Assembly: GCA_010093605.1 (NCBI GenBank)
Contig: MU004184.1
Location: 312,179 to 360,966, forward strand
DNA: 48,788 nt
Reading direction: 5' to 3'
From: Lophium mytilinum
Taxonomy: Eukaryota
Shown here: piece after piece, positions 23,557 to 34,680 of the stretch
How positions within the stretch are numbered: position 1 is the stretch's first letter
Layout of the letters: each line of letters starts with the position of its first letter
The notes under the pieces: generated by a model
Database searches by the model: none
Told to the model about the DNA's origin: nothing
The model's input: only the letters and a program-made list of their open reading frames with translations
Made by a program: the position numbers and the translations under genes

Positions 23557-24777
23557 ATTTCTGCATGCTGGCACTTGTGTTCATTGTCAACATTGTTGCC
23601 TTGAACGCCCGACTTTGGTGAACATGCGGATCTGCATTCTATCTTTTCATGCCACCGCTTTCCCTGTATCCTACACCTCGTTTCTGCTTTGCGTTCTACC
23701 TGCATTCCTCTTGCATCTCATGCCCTACGTCACCGTGGGCATGTTGCGTGACTAACTGCATCTTTATCTCCCGCTCAAGGGGTGATGTTGCATTCGACTG
23801 ATGAATGGAATTGTATTTGATCATTCGTGACGTAGAGAATACCGTGGTTCATTGGCAGAGCTGACGGTAGTGGAAGAACGCAAGGCCTAGAGATTATTCT
23901 GAGGTGCTTCACGATCCATGCGACCTTATCGTCCCACAAGCAGAACTAGGAAACAATTTCAAGTGGCGGCGAAGGCTTTGACAAACACTGGATCGAGGAT
24001 AAATTGTAAGCGACTAAGACATGGCTTTAAATGAGCTCAATATGGATGTCTTGACAAGCCGGGCCACACCGTCAGAGTTCCCTAACTATTTGGTCTCTTT
24101 GTACATCCCGTACCATCACCCCTAGCGTATCCGTGGCAATCAAAACCTCCGTACCTATAGAATGTGTCGCATGTATAGCCAAGAAGCCGCTGGTGCAAGA
24201 TGAATGTTCAAAATTAAGAACGCCGAGCTCAAGAAAGAAGAGTAGCCTCCTGCGAAGCGTCCAGACTCCCGGCAGATAAGCGTGAGGCTAAGTCCTCGCT
24301 ATGACTACAGTGATGTATCGAAACATAGTAGAAAGTGTGGCAGTACATCTTACCTTTCATTGCCATAGTGAAGAGCGTAGATATCACTGTAGCACGCAAG
24401 TAAGATGACCGGTAGCACTCGTGTGAGGGTATTCTGGGGCTGAAAGTTCGAACAACATTTCTAGAGTTCCGTACTAGCAATTGGGTGCAAGTATAGGCCT
24501 ACCAGCTTGGCGAAAGGGGTGCACATGCAGGGAGACAGGAAGCTTCCCGGACTAGTCACGTGCGAAGTGGGAAGACAGCGCTGGCCGCGTCACTTCACCC
24601 TTCCCTTCCTGTTCCACGACTTTCCGCCAGATTCCACGCCGCCGCCTGTGCCCCTCACCTGCAACCCTCAAGTAAACTGCTCCGTTAAACGGTCTAGCGC
24701 TGATGAGTAAGCGCCAAGACTCTCAAATATTCTGCAGTATATCAACCCGCCCGCCCCCCGACCTTCCTTCCTTTCTC

Positions 24778-25024
24778 AGCTCTCTTGTAAGTTTCCTCCC
24801 CTCTCCCCTCCTTCCAATGTCCATCATCGCTAACAATCTTTGCAGTGCCTTTTGGCTTAGATCAAGTGTAGTATCGGTTCTTCTCAGTTTAATCGCTGGG
24901 ACAGCCCCTACGGGGGTTCCTTCTGATTATCCCATTTTTGGAAACTGTTCCTGGGCCGCTGGGCTTGCCTATGTCCGGGGACACAGTGTCGCTCGTATTG
25001 CACTGCCTCGGGCCGACGCGAACA
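24778..25024 (+). ncRNA. U2: U2 spliceosomal snRNA interrupted by a 59-nt spliceosomal intron (24787-24845); ends approximate
   Basis: Spliced 5' end AGCTCTCTT|TGCCTTTTGGCTTAGATCAAGTGTAGTATC; branch-recognition GTAGTA 24868-24873; stem IIa TCTCAG-TTTAATCG-CTGGGA; stem IIb AGCCCC-TACG-GGGGTT; Sm site ATTTTTG 24934-24940; stem III; loop IV ATTGCAC. Intron GTAAGT...GCTAAC(24829)...CAG. Confidence 0.96.
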
Positions 25025-26199
25025 TTCTTTGTTCAACATCTTTTTCATTGATCTGCTCAGCTTGTCTGGGTCGTCGAAGAAGAAGCATTCGTCCTTTGGT
25101 TCGCCTTTGGCTATGAAGTTCGGAATAATTGCTGGTGTTTGGTGAGCTAGTCAGCGTTTGTTGTTGTTGCTTCCCCTCGCTGGTGCTCCCCGCCATCTCT
25201 TGTTGCTGATCCTGATCGCGACAGACCTTTCTCTGAGCTGCTTCAACATGCTGTGATGCTTCATCGTCATTGCCGTGAGTGCCTTAAGTATTGTGGTACT
25301 GCTGAATGGCGTCCGCACCGATCAAGCTCGCCGCCTCTTCTTCAGCGTCAACAACGTTGACGCGTCTCAACGCGATACGTCACAGCTCACGCGCCGCAGC
25401 TCCGTATTCCGCCTCACCAGAGTTCGAGTCCCTGGTAAGGCACTCAGCCATTCAGCACCATGCAACGGTAATGCGGTCACTCCCCATGACTTTGGCCACG
25501 ACAAGGCTAACACTAGACTTTACCCTCGTAGACCCAAAGCTCTAACATCCTGCGCCGCCGGAAGCTAGAGCTGGAAGTTGAAAACCTCTCCGGACGTTGT
25601 CAGTCCACCAACGACCCAGCACGACGGGAAGCAGTGCGACCGCCTTGGGGCCTTCCCCAGTCGATATGTTGAAGCCCTCCTTTTAAACACTCTGATCAAT
25701 CTCGAGGCCACCGATACTCTTCTCTGCATCCGTATCATCTTTGCCCTCATTCATCCACCCAAGGTGCCGCTGAAGACCTTGCGAAATGCCCTCCTACCGG
25801 GCTTCTCCGCTCCGATGCCAGGTTCGGAGCCGAACCTGTCCAATCGGAGGTCAAAATTCTAGACCCCATCCTCCTACCCTAGAAATTCGAGCATCGTACC
25901 TATCGCCTGGCCTTCTTTCCCGACAGCGACTCCACCTTGAACGCGCGACCGCGCAGATGGCGCGTAGGACCGCCAAAAGAAGAAAAATCTGCGCCCTCCA
26001 AGAGCGAAGAGGCCCACACCATATAGAATGTGTTTGAGGTGGAGCAGCACCTCACCTGTTAGATGAAGGAAGCTCCAGGTTAGTAGCTAATTTTCATTTT
26101 CTCATCCTTTTGCCTCCCGATCGCTCCCACGACCATTCGGTTGCGCGCTTTGGGCTATATCTAACATGGGTATTCGGTGAACGCAGCGATATGAACGTC

Positions 26200-26785
26200 G
26201 AGGAGAGTGAGATGCGGAGTGGCATCTACTGACATGAATAGCTCACTCGACACCCACGGTACCAAAGGCGTAGCCCTCGCCCCCCCTCCTCTAGCGCGCC
26301 CTCTTCCAGCACGACCGGTCGTCCATTTCCCATTCAAACAAGCCTCGAAGCAGTCGCTCATGCTCATCCCATGATTCCACCACGATCCTCCGAGGCGAGC
26401 GAGCCACACATCTAGATCACTCGAACCCAGTCCATCCAAGTGGCGAGAAAGAAACCATCGCGTTAATGGGAGCGATGACTTCACCAAGGAGTCGAGAAGC
26501 CCACCGACGCCGTCATGCCGATCTACCTTTCCTCGGGACATTGAGGATCAGGCTGAAACATATATGAATATCGGACTTGTGAGGCGCCGCCTCGATCTGA
26601 AGACACAGTGGCCGGCTGACTTTGACAGGCGAGGGGGTACTTCCAAAAGGACACGCTGGAGGAATCATACAATAAGTGTGGTGGATAAAAATCGTCCATG
26701 GGTCCCCGATGTTGCGCGAAGAGCCCTGGGAATCTTCATATTTTGGCCACGGCAACACCGCTTGAGGGTAAACTTTCTGTATTGA
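26200..26785 (+). pseudogene. Hypothetical gene remnant
   Basis: Long Ser/Pro/Arg-rich frame with a single internal TGA (~26372) running into ORF 26564-26785; no recognisable domain. Confidence 0.2.
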
Positions 26786-29279
26786 GATGATGGGATCCGC
26801 AGCAGAGCTCTCAATAACGAAAGACGTGTCTACAGATCCCCTACATCTACCTGCCTCGGATGCCGACGGGTAAGCAGTAAGATGGTGGCTTACGGTGTAA
26901 GCCAGGATTCAAGACGATAGGCCAGGCAATCCGGATGCAGCAGTCTACTATAGGAGGTCAAAGAAGCAGATAAGCACACAATTTCCTTAAGCGCGAACTT
27001 AATTGGATGCAACCACATAATTAATTTCTCTTTCTATCCTGCCCGAAGATCGAAAACTCTTTTGATGCTCATAACTGAATAGCCCAGCCAGTGACAAAAC
27101 TACCCGACACGAACGATGACAGCTCAAATCTATTGGGTGCTTACCGTCCGCAGACCCATCTATCTTGATCAGAACCTCTCTCCGAGACGCAAGACCTCGG
27201 CCGCTGTAGCAGGGCCATGAAGATAGGCTCGCCCTATTCCCCCAAAGAACGATATTTCCAGGATGGAGCCTCATCAGAGGAAACTGCTAGCGAATCAAAG
27301 GCACCGGTATAAGGATTCTATGCAGAACTCCCTGTAGGAGTCAGCAGTAGACTTGGGCATGCCCCGATCGGCAGTCCAGTCAAATTCTTTGTGCCTCATG
27401 GCTTTTAAATCGAGGACTAGTCATGTTCTTTTTATTACAGCGTCCACTCAAAGATATTATCCGATCCCTGGTGCGCGTCGCCCGACGGAGGCCCTCCGGC
27501 GCCGACGAGCCTCCGAGATGGATCAATTGAGTACATATCTCTCATCGGCCGGCAGCAAGCACTCCGAGGCGAGTGAGGCGAACGCACAGGATGGGAGACG
27601 GATACATTTTCTCATCGCTTTACCAATCTAGCACGCTTGATGTGAAGAAAGACTATCGGTATGCCCAATGTGAAAGATAGACTTTGCCCATCGGGGATGC
27701 AACTTGCCAGATGTCTTGCACTAGACCCATCAGCAGTCCTTTCCTCGATGTCTTCGTTGCATTCTCACAGCGGTCCCTGGCTATACCATCCTACCAAGCG
27801 ATAAAATGGATGCTGGTATAGATTGGGTTCAACAAGGCTTCAGTCCGGCTGTCCTGATGAGGCTCTCTGAATACAATTCATGATCTGATGATCACAAAAG
27901 AGCGATACGCTCTTCTTTACTTTCATTTCAGTGGGTTCAGGTGAAGTCCACTGACATCTTATAGGCTAGCCACGGTCTCACTACTGTTCGGTTCGAGCCA
28001 GTAAGCTTGCATTCCTGAAGCCATTCCCAGAACTGATGTCGTCTGCCAGGATACCCTCGCTCTGGGTAGTGGTCGCGGCCTCTGTCGTTGCAAACTTTAA
28101 GCACACCGCTTTCTTGGTCACGGAGACCTGCCTTCCCATCTGCGCCATGTCCGGGATGTAGAAAGCTCGCACTCCCAACCTGTCCCCGAAATTAATGTTG
28201 TCAGCTCACTGCCGTGGCATGACTGCGGCCACTGATTTTGCGGTCCTACAGCAAATCGAGTCTCAGTGCTTGGAAACAGTCGACGCCGTCGAGCGCTGGG
28301 CGAGGCGAAGAGCTTGCTAGATCGCATGGGAGTGATAGGTTTTCCAAGCCGAGACAGCCATTTCCCATGCCATGCGCGAGAGGAATAACAACGATTGACG
28401 AAGGTGGACGAACACGATGAATACGGCGATATACTAGACGGACCATTAGAGCAGTCATCTTCAGAATCTGATGAGTTAGGCAATTGAGATCGCATTGACA
28501 TTAAATGTGAGATCTGGATCATGGATGTTTCGGGATATCTCTAGCTCTGAATACCTCGTTTTCCAACCTTATGTATTTGATCGGCATCATGATTTAGCAG
28601 TGACCATGTCTGGAATGACCCGTTACAACATCCTTCTTTCGCGTTTCCTATTAGGCCCAAGTATGATCTCCCCTGAGTCTCGCCATTCCCTGTCGACATT
28701 CTCACTTTTTCTCTAGATAGTACTGACGGCGCTGCCGTTAGCGCGGGCGAAAACGGCGGTAAAGATGTATTGTATAGACGGAACCCTAATAGAGAGCGGA
28801 AGGTTCTCGCGCATACGCGGGTGAGTGGAAGACAGCATCGCGTGTGATGCGGTTGGCATGTTCAAGGATTTCGTAGGGAGAGCCGAAAGGTCGTTGCTGG
28901 GCAGCGAAGCGTAGATAGCTTTCGCGAGAGGAATCTTTCCAATTATTAGACCGTCAGTGGAATACAAGTATAGCGTGTGGCCGGAAATGTGACTGTGTGA
29001 AAAATGAGGGGGACGACCTGTTCAAGGGAGGGCGTCGAAGTAAAGGAAACAGACTCGCGCAGTCATTCAGGGTTTGTCGTGTAGGGTGTGGGAGGGAATC
29101 TTGGAGGTGAACGTGCTGTGCCAGGAGACTGTTGTCTGAAAACCGCTCTCTCTGCTTGCCGTAGCGTTGTTGCCGACGGCGATAAGCTCATACACATTAA
29201 TTGTAGACAACTATTACTACTAGGACATCGTTCCGTACCTTGTTGCCGAAGCTCCGGCGGCGCACGGGACTGTTGTGGT

Positions 29280-29334
29280 CTCACGTGGCACATATACCGT
29301 GCACTGACCATGTCCACGTCTGGGTGTATATATT
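29280..29334 (+). promoter_or_regulatory. U6 (copy B) upstream promoter: CTCACGTG E-box and TATA box
   Basis: CACGTG 29282-29287 (-75); TATATATT 29327-29334 (-30). Confidence 0.7.
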
Positions 29335-29356
29335 TGGTTTAAATTCAACACACTTC

Positions 29357-29509
29357 GCCTTCGGGCATTTGGTCAATTTGAAACAACACAGAGAAGGTAT
29401 GTATCACCCCCCCTAACACTCAGCTTCAAAACTAATATCTTTCAGATTAGCATGGCCCCTGCACTAAGGATGACACGCTTTATCAAAGAGTAGCTTCAAA
29501 AAATTTTTT
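29357..29509 (+). ncRNA. U6: U6 spliceosomal snRNA interrupted by a 49-nt spliceosomal intron (29397-29445)
   Basis: Exons identical to copy A except the 3' A-run (6 vs 4). Intron GTATGT...ACTAAT(29431)...CAG inserted at ACAGAGAAG|ATTAGC. T6 terminator 29504-29509. Confidence 0.98.
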
Positions 29510-29530
29510 GTGTTTTGTTTGGTCAGATGA

Positions 29531-29540
29531 GGTTCGACCC
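29531..29540 (+). promoter_or_regulatory. Downstream Pol III B box of U6 copy B
   Basis: GGTTCGACCC preceded by AGATGA, as in copy A. Confidence 0.8.
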
Positions 29541-30458
29541 GCGCGGAGGGGAAGTGTAAATTCTTTTTTGCTCGTGAATCACTATGATGGCTACAGTGAC
29601 CGTAAAGACTATTGGAAGTCTTATTAGACTTATGGAGAGTCTATTCTGCGTCTTTCCGGGTTTTAATTGCACCTCTTTGAGCCTGGACAGCCTCCATCAA
29701 GGTCAGCTCTATTGGACTGCCTTTTAGTCTCGCCTACCTACGACAGCGCGACGCCCGAAGCTCTGACAGCGCACCGCACTTCACCACCATAATATAGATG
29801 CCTTGTCTCTCTGACAAATCAACTACGCAATAACTGGTCTCATTTCATGTTTTTACTTAGCCCCCAAACTCCATCTCCAAACCTGGACCCTCCTCTCGAA
29901 CTACCACTAGCCGGTAATTTCTATCTATGGAACCTCGCCCGCTGGATGACCGGAACACGTTGAGCATTGACAGTTGCACTGAGGAGTTAGGGTAGGGGCT
30001 TCAACACCACAACTAGTAAACCGAAGTGTATTCTACTGACGCGTTTCCAAAGGCATTCGTACAGCAACTTCGTAGAGACCGACATCTTGCACCCTCTTTT
30101 TCACATTCTCCTCACTTTCGCAAGACCTCTGGCTAGGGCCTCTCACTATCCGAGTTTATACCTGCGGTTCACTACATGGAGTGCGGAACGAAACCGGAGC
30201 GCTGTGAGAGAGAAATGCGGGCGTTATGCGCGGCTTCTTTGCTATGTCCCAACTTCGGACTATTCACAGCTACGCAACGGACTGAGGGCATGAAGCAGGA
30301 AATACGGACGATTCCCGTTCCGCCGGGCTACAACAACCAGGAAGCGGGATTTTCCTCGCCCATGGGTTGACCAGATCCATTCTCATACCTCTGGCAAGGT
30401 CAACAACCCCTCGCAGGGGCCAATAGTCCACCCTCCCAGCCACTCTACCAGCGACAGG

Positions 30459-31347
30459 TTGCGGGTGGGGAAGATCTGCATCATTGGGACAACGGAGACG
30501 GCAAAGATGGAGTCGAGGGGATTGAAGACCATTAAAGATCACAACCTTCAGCGTGCCAGCACACACATCATGCAGCCTCATCTCACAAAGCCCAGCATCC
30601 GTGCATTAAGGTCCAGCCGGGGAGTTGGAAGATATTCCGGGGATACGCTGCCATCTTAAAAGAGATTTTGCTAGAACTTCCATATTGGACACGTGATATT
30701 ACTGGACAATGACGCCTCCCGGTTGTCAATCTGTTCTGGCTTTCCCTTCAAGGTAATATCTACTGCATCAACGTCTGTCCATTTTATCAACGACTGATTT
30801 TGTCCAAAAAATGTGTGTTTTCAGCAGAGATAGTGTACGATGTTGTTTCCGCTATTTAATCGGCGAGCAGTAAGGACAGGGGCTTCACTGCTACCAAAGC
30901 CCCGGTCGCGGCAAAAGCCAGTAAAGATCCTCAGTCTTTCAGCGAAGAAGCTAGTACCGTTTCCTAGAGCATGACCTGCATCAGCTAACAGAATTGCATA
31001 GAAAGCTACCCACCACTACCCTTGACGACTCTGTTCTTTACGACCCTACCATCATTACTTGAGTACTTCAACATCGCCGGGCTACTCCGGCGAGCTATAA
31101 TCGAAGCCGCGCCCTACAACCAGGTAGTTAAAGGGCAACACAGAAGAGACGCGCTGAACAGGTGGCATATCATAAAAAAACCAGACCTCGTCACTTTCCA
31201 AACATTGGAACATCTACCAAGTCATCCATCCGCTATAGCATCGCCAGCGTCTTGAAAAGAACGAAAGAATATCTAGACGCCGACCCTACCACCGCAGTAA
31301 CTATCAGCGCGCGCGAACCTCCCTATAGCGAACAATCCACGGATTAA
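30459..31347 (+). pseudogene. Highly diverged histone H4-like gene remnant with two H4-like segments
   Basis: LTKPSIRALRSSRGVGRYSG (30582) vs H4 ITKPAIRRLARRGGVKRIS; IRCHLK...ILDT*YTG vs TRGVLK...IRDAVTYTE; DVVSAI*SASSKDRGF vs DVVYALKRQGRTLYGF; second block NIGTSTKSSIR (31201) vs NIQGITKPAIR. Candidate introns 30753-30824 and 30954-31001; stops and frameshifts. Confidence 0.45.
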
Positions 31348-31960
31348 ACAGCCCACCAACCTCAAAGCCGCATTATCGAACCAAAAACGGCAGAGAAAGA
31401 AACCAGTGCATCGATCTCGCCAGCCGTATGCTTCGACCCCAACACCAGACCGCGTCTCCTCGTCGCTCGTGCAGACTTGCTGTCTTCTTCTCCCAGCTTC
31501 CAAACCGAGCTCTCGGATAACGGGGTGCGCCCCAACTGCCTTGTCCCCCTCCTGATCGGCCGAATCCGCGTAGCGCATCATACAGATGACCACCGGCAGC
31601 CGCCCGTTCTTCCCTTGCCTACTCTAGGCCTGCAGCTCCTCTCTACGCGTCCTCCACAGCTCCACAGACACCTACCCCATATTCGCCGCCATATCAGCGC
31701 ACATATCAGCGCACCCCTCGCTCTCTCCTCTCCATCTGCTACTGCTGGAGTAGCCTACACCTCACTCACATCAATACGAGCAGACAAGCGCACTACGGAC
31801 TAAATAAGCCTATATTTCTTGAATCGGGAGACGTGGCTGACGAGATCATGATCGGAACTGTGCATCACTCTCTTGCATGAGTCAGAAAGGGAAGATGCAG
31901 ACAGTTCGCGGCGAAAGATGACATCGAAGGATACTGGAAGTCCTGGCTTGGTAGGGGAAT
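31273..31960 (-). pseudogene. RIP-damaged hypothetical gene
   Basis: Frame DMAANMG*VSVELWRTRREELQA*SRQGKNGRLPVVICMMRYADSAD... broken only by TAG codons; short direct repeat ATATCAGCGCAC x2 near 31691-31714. Confidence 0.3.
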
Positions 31961-32452
31961 AAGAGAGAGGCGGACAGTTCGGATGATAGAAGGGGAGGGG
32001 TATCTATGCCGACTCCAAGAGGGGCGCGGCTCCTTTAGAAGGCTCTGCTGTCGTCAGGCTCTGGGGGCTACGGGGGTGTTGTCGGTTTCCGGATTGCGCT
32101 TCCAGGCCGCGAGCGTGATACCGGTGCAACTTTCATCGGCGTCGCCGTGGGAGGTTGGAGTGGGCTATGAAGGGCGATTCTACCTGACCACCGACCCACT
32201 AATCCACGCACCTATGCACTCTTACGGAGGAAAATTGCGCAGAACTCGAAGGGTGCACGGGATGATTCAAAATCTAGCAAGCGCATCGCAGAAAACTAAA
32301 GCGGAAAACGTAAAGTATAGTATAGTTAACCAAGCAGACACGAACATCCAACTCGTTCTCTCAAACAGACATCCAAAGCTCACCCGCATCTCAAACGCAA
32401 CAACCCCACCTCCCCTCCCATTCCGACCTCCCCTTCACCTCCCTCCCCAAAC

Positions 32453-34393
32453 CTAAAACTTCTCCACCCTCCCCTCCGCCACCGCCACCGGATCCTCCTG
32501 CGTCTCAATCACCACCCTCCCATCCACATTCTTAATCGGCCCCGTAAACCACTTCCTCGCCCAAACCGCCCAACTCCCCAACGCAAAAAACAGGATAATC
32601 CCCACCGCAACCGGCGTATAATTCAGCGTCTGACTACTCACCGGATTCGCCGTCGGCAAACAAAAGATAATACTAATAAAGCAGATCCACAACACCGCCA
32701 CCGCCGCGATCGGCCGGCTCGCCATGCCCAGGTTAAACGGGCCCTTGACGAAATTCCCCGGCCACAGCGCGCCGATCATGATGGGTAGCCCGTAGGAGAT
32801 GTACAAGCCTATTGTTGCGATGGAGGTCGCGGCGGCGAACGCCACGGAAGAGCCGAGCGACGGGATCGCGAGGAGGAAAGAGAGGAACGCCGCCAGCCAC
32901 ACCGTCCGCACAGGCGACTTAAACCGCACATCGACCGCATGAAAAAAATGCGGCAGCCCCCCGTCGCGCGCGAAGCCGAACATCATGCGGGAATTGCTGG
33001 TCATAGAAAACAACCCACAATGCCACACGCACACAATAATAAGCGTCATGAGCACAATCGCGCCGTCGGTGCCGAACACGTCGATGAAGATCTGCAGCAC
33101 CGGCTGCCCGACGGCGGAGTCGACGGTGCTATCGAAGTCCTGGATGCTGAAGAGCAGCGCGAGGAGGTAGAAGAAGCCGAAGACGCCGGAGACGATGATG
33201 GAGGTCAGCACGCCGATCGGGGCGCTCCATTCGGCTTTTTTGGTTTCCTCCGAGAGGTGCGCCGAGGCGTCGAAGCCGGTGATGGTGTATTGCGACATTA
33301 GAACGCCGCAGGCGGCGACGTAGGCCGGGGAGGCGCGCACGCTCCACCCCGGGTCGCCGGTGCCGTCGTAGAATTTTTGGAAGACGAAGGAGGCGGGTTG
33401 GTGGTGCGGGGCTTTGGCGAGCACGGCGATGGCGATGGCGGAGACGCCGAGGGAGTGCAGGATGATGGAGGAGTTGTTGAGGTAGCGGAGCACGCTGACG
33501 CCGAAGGTGTTGACGGTGCCGTGGGAGACGAGCAGCGCGGCGTAGATGCCGATGGTGCGGCCGGCCGTGGGCGTGTAGGTGCCGTTGATGGAGGCCAGGG
33601 TGGAGATCAGGCCTGCGCAGCCGAAGGTGATGCCGGTGGTTACGGCGACTTGGCCGAGCAGGTTGAACCAGCCGGTCATCCAGGACCAGAAGGGGGCTTG
33701 GGATGGGGGTGCGAGGATGGCGGACCAGAAGTAGGGGCCGCCGCTGGTGGGGATGGCGGAGACGATTTCGGCCATGCCGAGCCCGACGAAGATGGTCATG
33801 AAGGTTACGATGATCCAGCCCTAGGGGGTGAGCATGTGGTGGAGATATGACAAAGGTCTGACTTACGACGCTCATGACGGCAGGGCCACCAACTGGGAGT
33901 GTTAGCTAATTATCTAAAACTCGAATTGGGAGGCTTACCGGTTAAGCCATAGGAGAAGAGAGTCGTGATACCCGTGACGACACTCTGGCCTGATTAGCAT
34001 TCCTTTGGAATATCTTGAATGCGCCGTCTCTTTTCCAGTCTGTTCACTCTTACGCTTTCCCCTTCCTTATATCTTTTTCTGCAGTGCATCGAAGGATTTC
34101 TTCCTCCCGACCGCGTTGAATAAACAACAAACCGCCATCTTGATCCCGCATCCACGATCCACCACTCCACATCGCCAGAACCACAACTCTGATCTTCGAG
34201 GTACGCGAAAAAGATAATGAGGAAGGAAAACACTCACAATAATCGAAAACGACACCCCAAAATTATGCAACGCGCTCCAGCTCCGATTCAACTCCTGCTT
34301 ATACCCCAGCTCCGCCAACTTATCCTCATCATGCAGCGCAACATCCGCCGCCGTCACACTATTCGTTCTGCGCCTAGCAACCGGGATAGACAT
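32453..34393 (-). CDS. APC-superfamily amino acid/GABA permease (UGA4/GabA-like, ACT family), ~531 aa, 4 exons
   Basis: Exons 34238-34393, 33939-33984, 33867-33892 and 32453-33820 joined by canonical introns (253, 46, 46 nt) give an open frame. Motifs LGYKQELNRSWS..NFGVSFSIIS, GGPAV, AEIVSAIPTSGGPYFW, GFDASAHLSEET, SRMMFGFARDG; many hydrophobic helices. Confidence 0.95.
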
Positions 34394-34479
34394 GATGTTT
34401 CTACCTTTTCACAACGTTCTCTTTCTACTTCTCACCAGGAATATCGTGAATGAGGTCGAAATAAAGCTGCGAGGGGTGC

Positions 34480-34680
34480 CACGGGATAGCAGGACCCAGC
34501 TCCATGTTCCAGCCCCCCTGCCACTGATAGCGTCGTATCGGGCGCCCGCGCTGATAAGCCGGCCCCGCCAATCGCTGCTGCACGCCCCGGTCGCCGGGCC
34601 CGCGTGCGTTTGCCGCGCGTGGTTAGACGGCGCCACGGGGGAATCGAGGGCCTGGGAGGGATGGCGGGAGAGATAAGAGG
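34480..34680. promoter_or_regulatory. Cluster of GATA sites upstream of the permease (candidate AreA/NIT2 nitrogen control)
   Basis: GATAG ~34484 and 34526; GATAAG 34553 and 34672, all within 300 bp of the start codon. Confidence 0.5.

Noticed and set aside
24703..25196. ORFs 24703-25116 and 24969-25196 (and 15335-15574 over U6)
   Set aside because: They overlap snRNA genes and are spurious translations.
32939..33875. ORFs 32939-33301, 32985-33170, 33129-33875 and 33377-33850
   Set aside because: Antisense or alternative-frame shadows of the high-GC3 permease.
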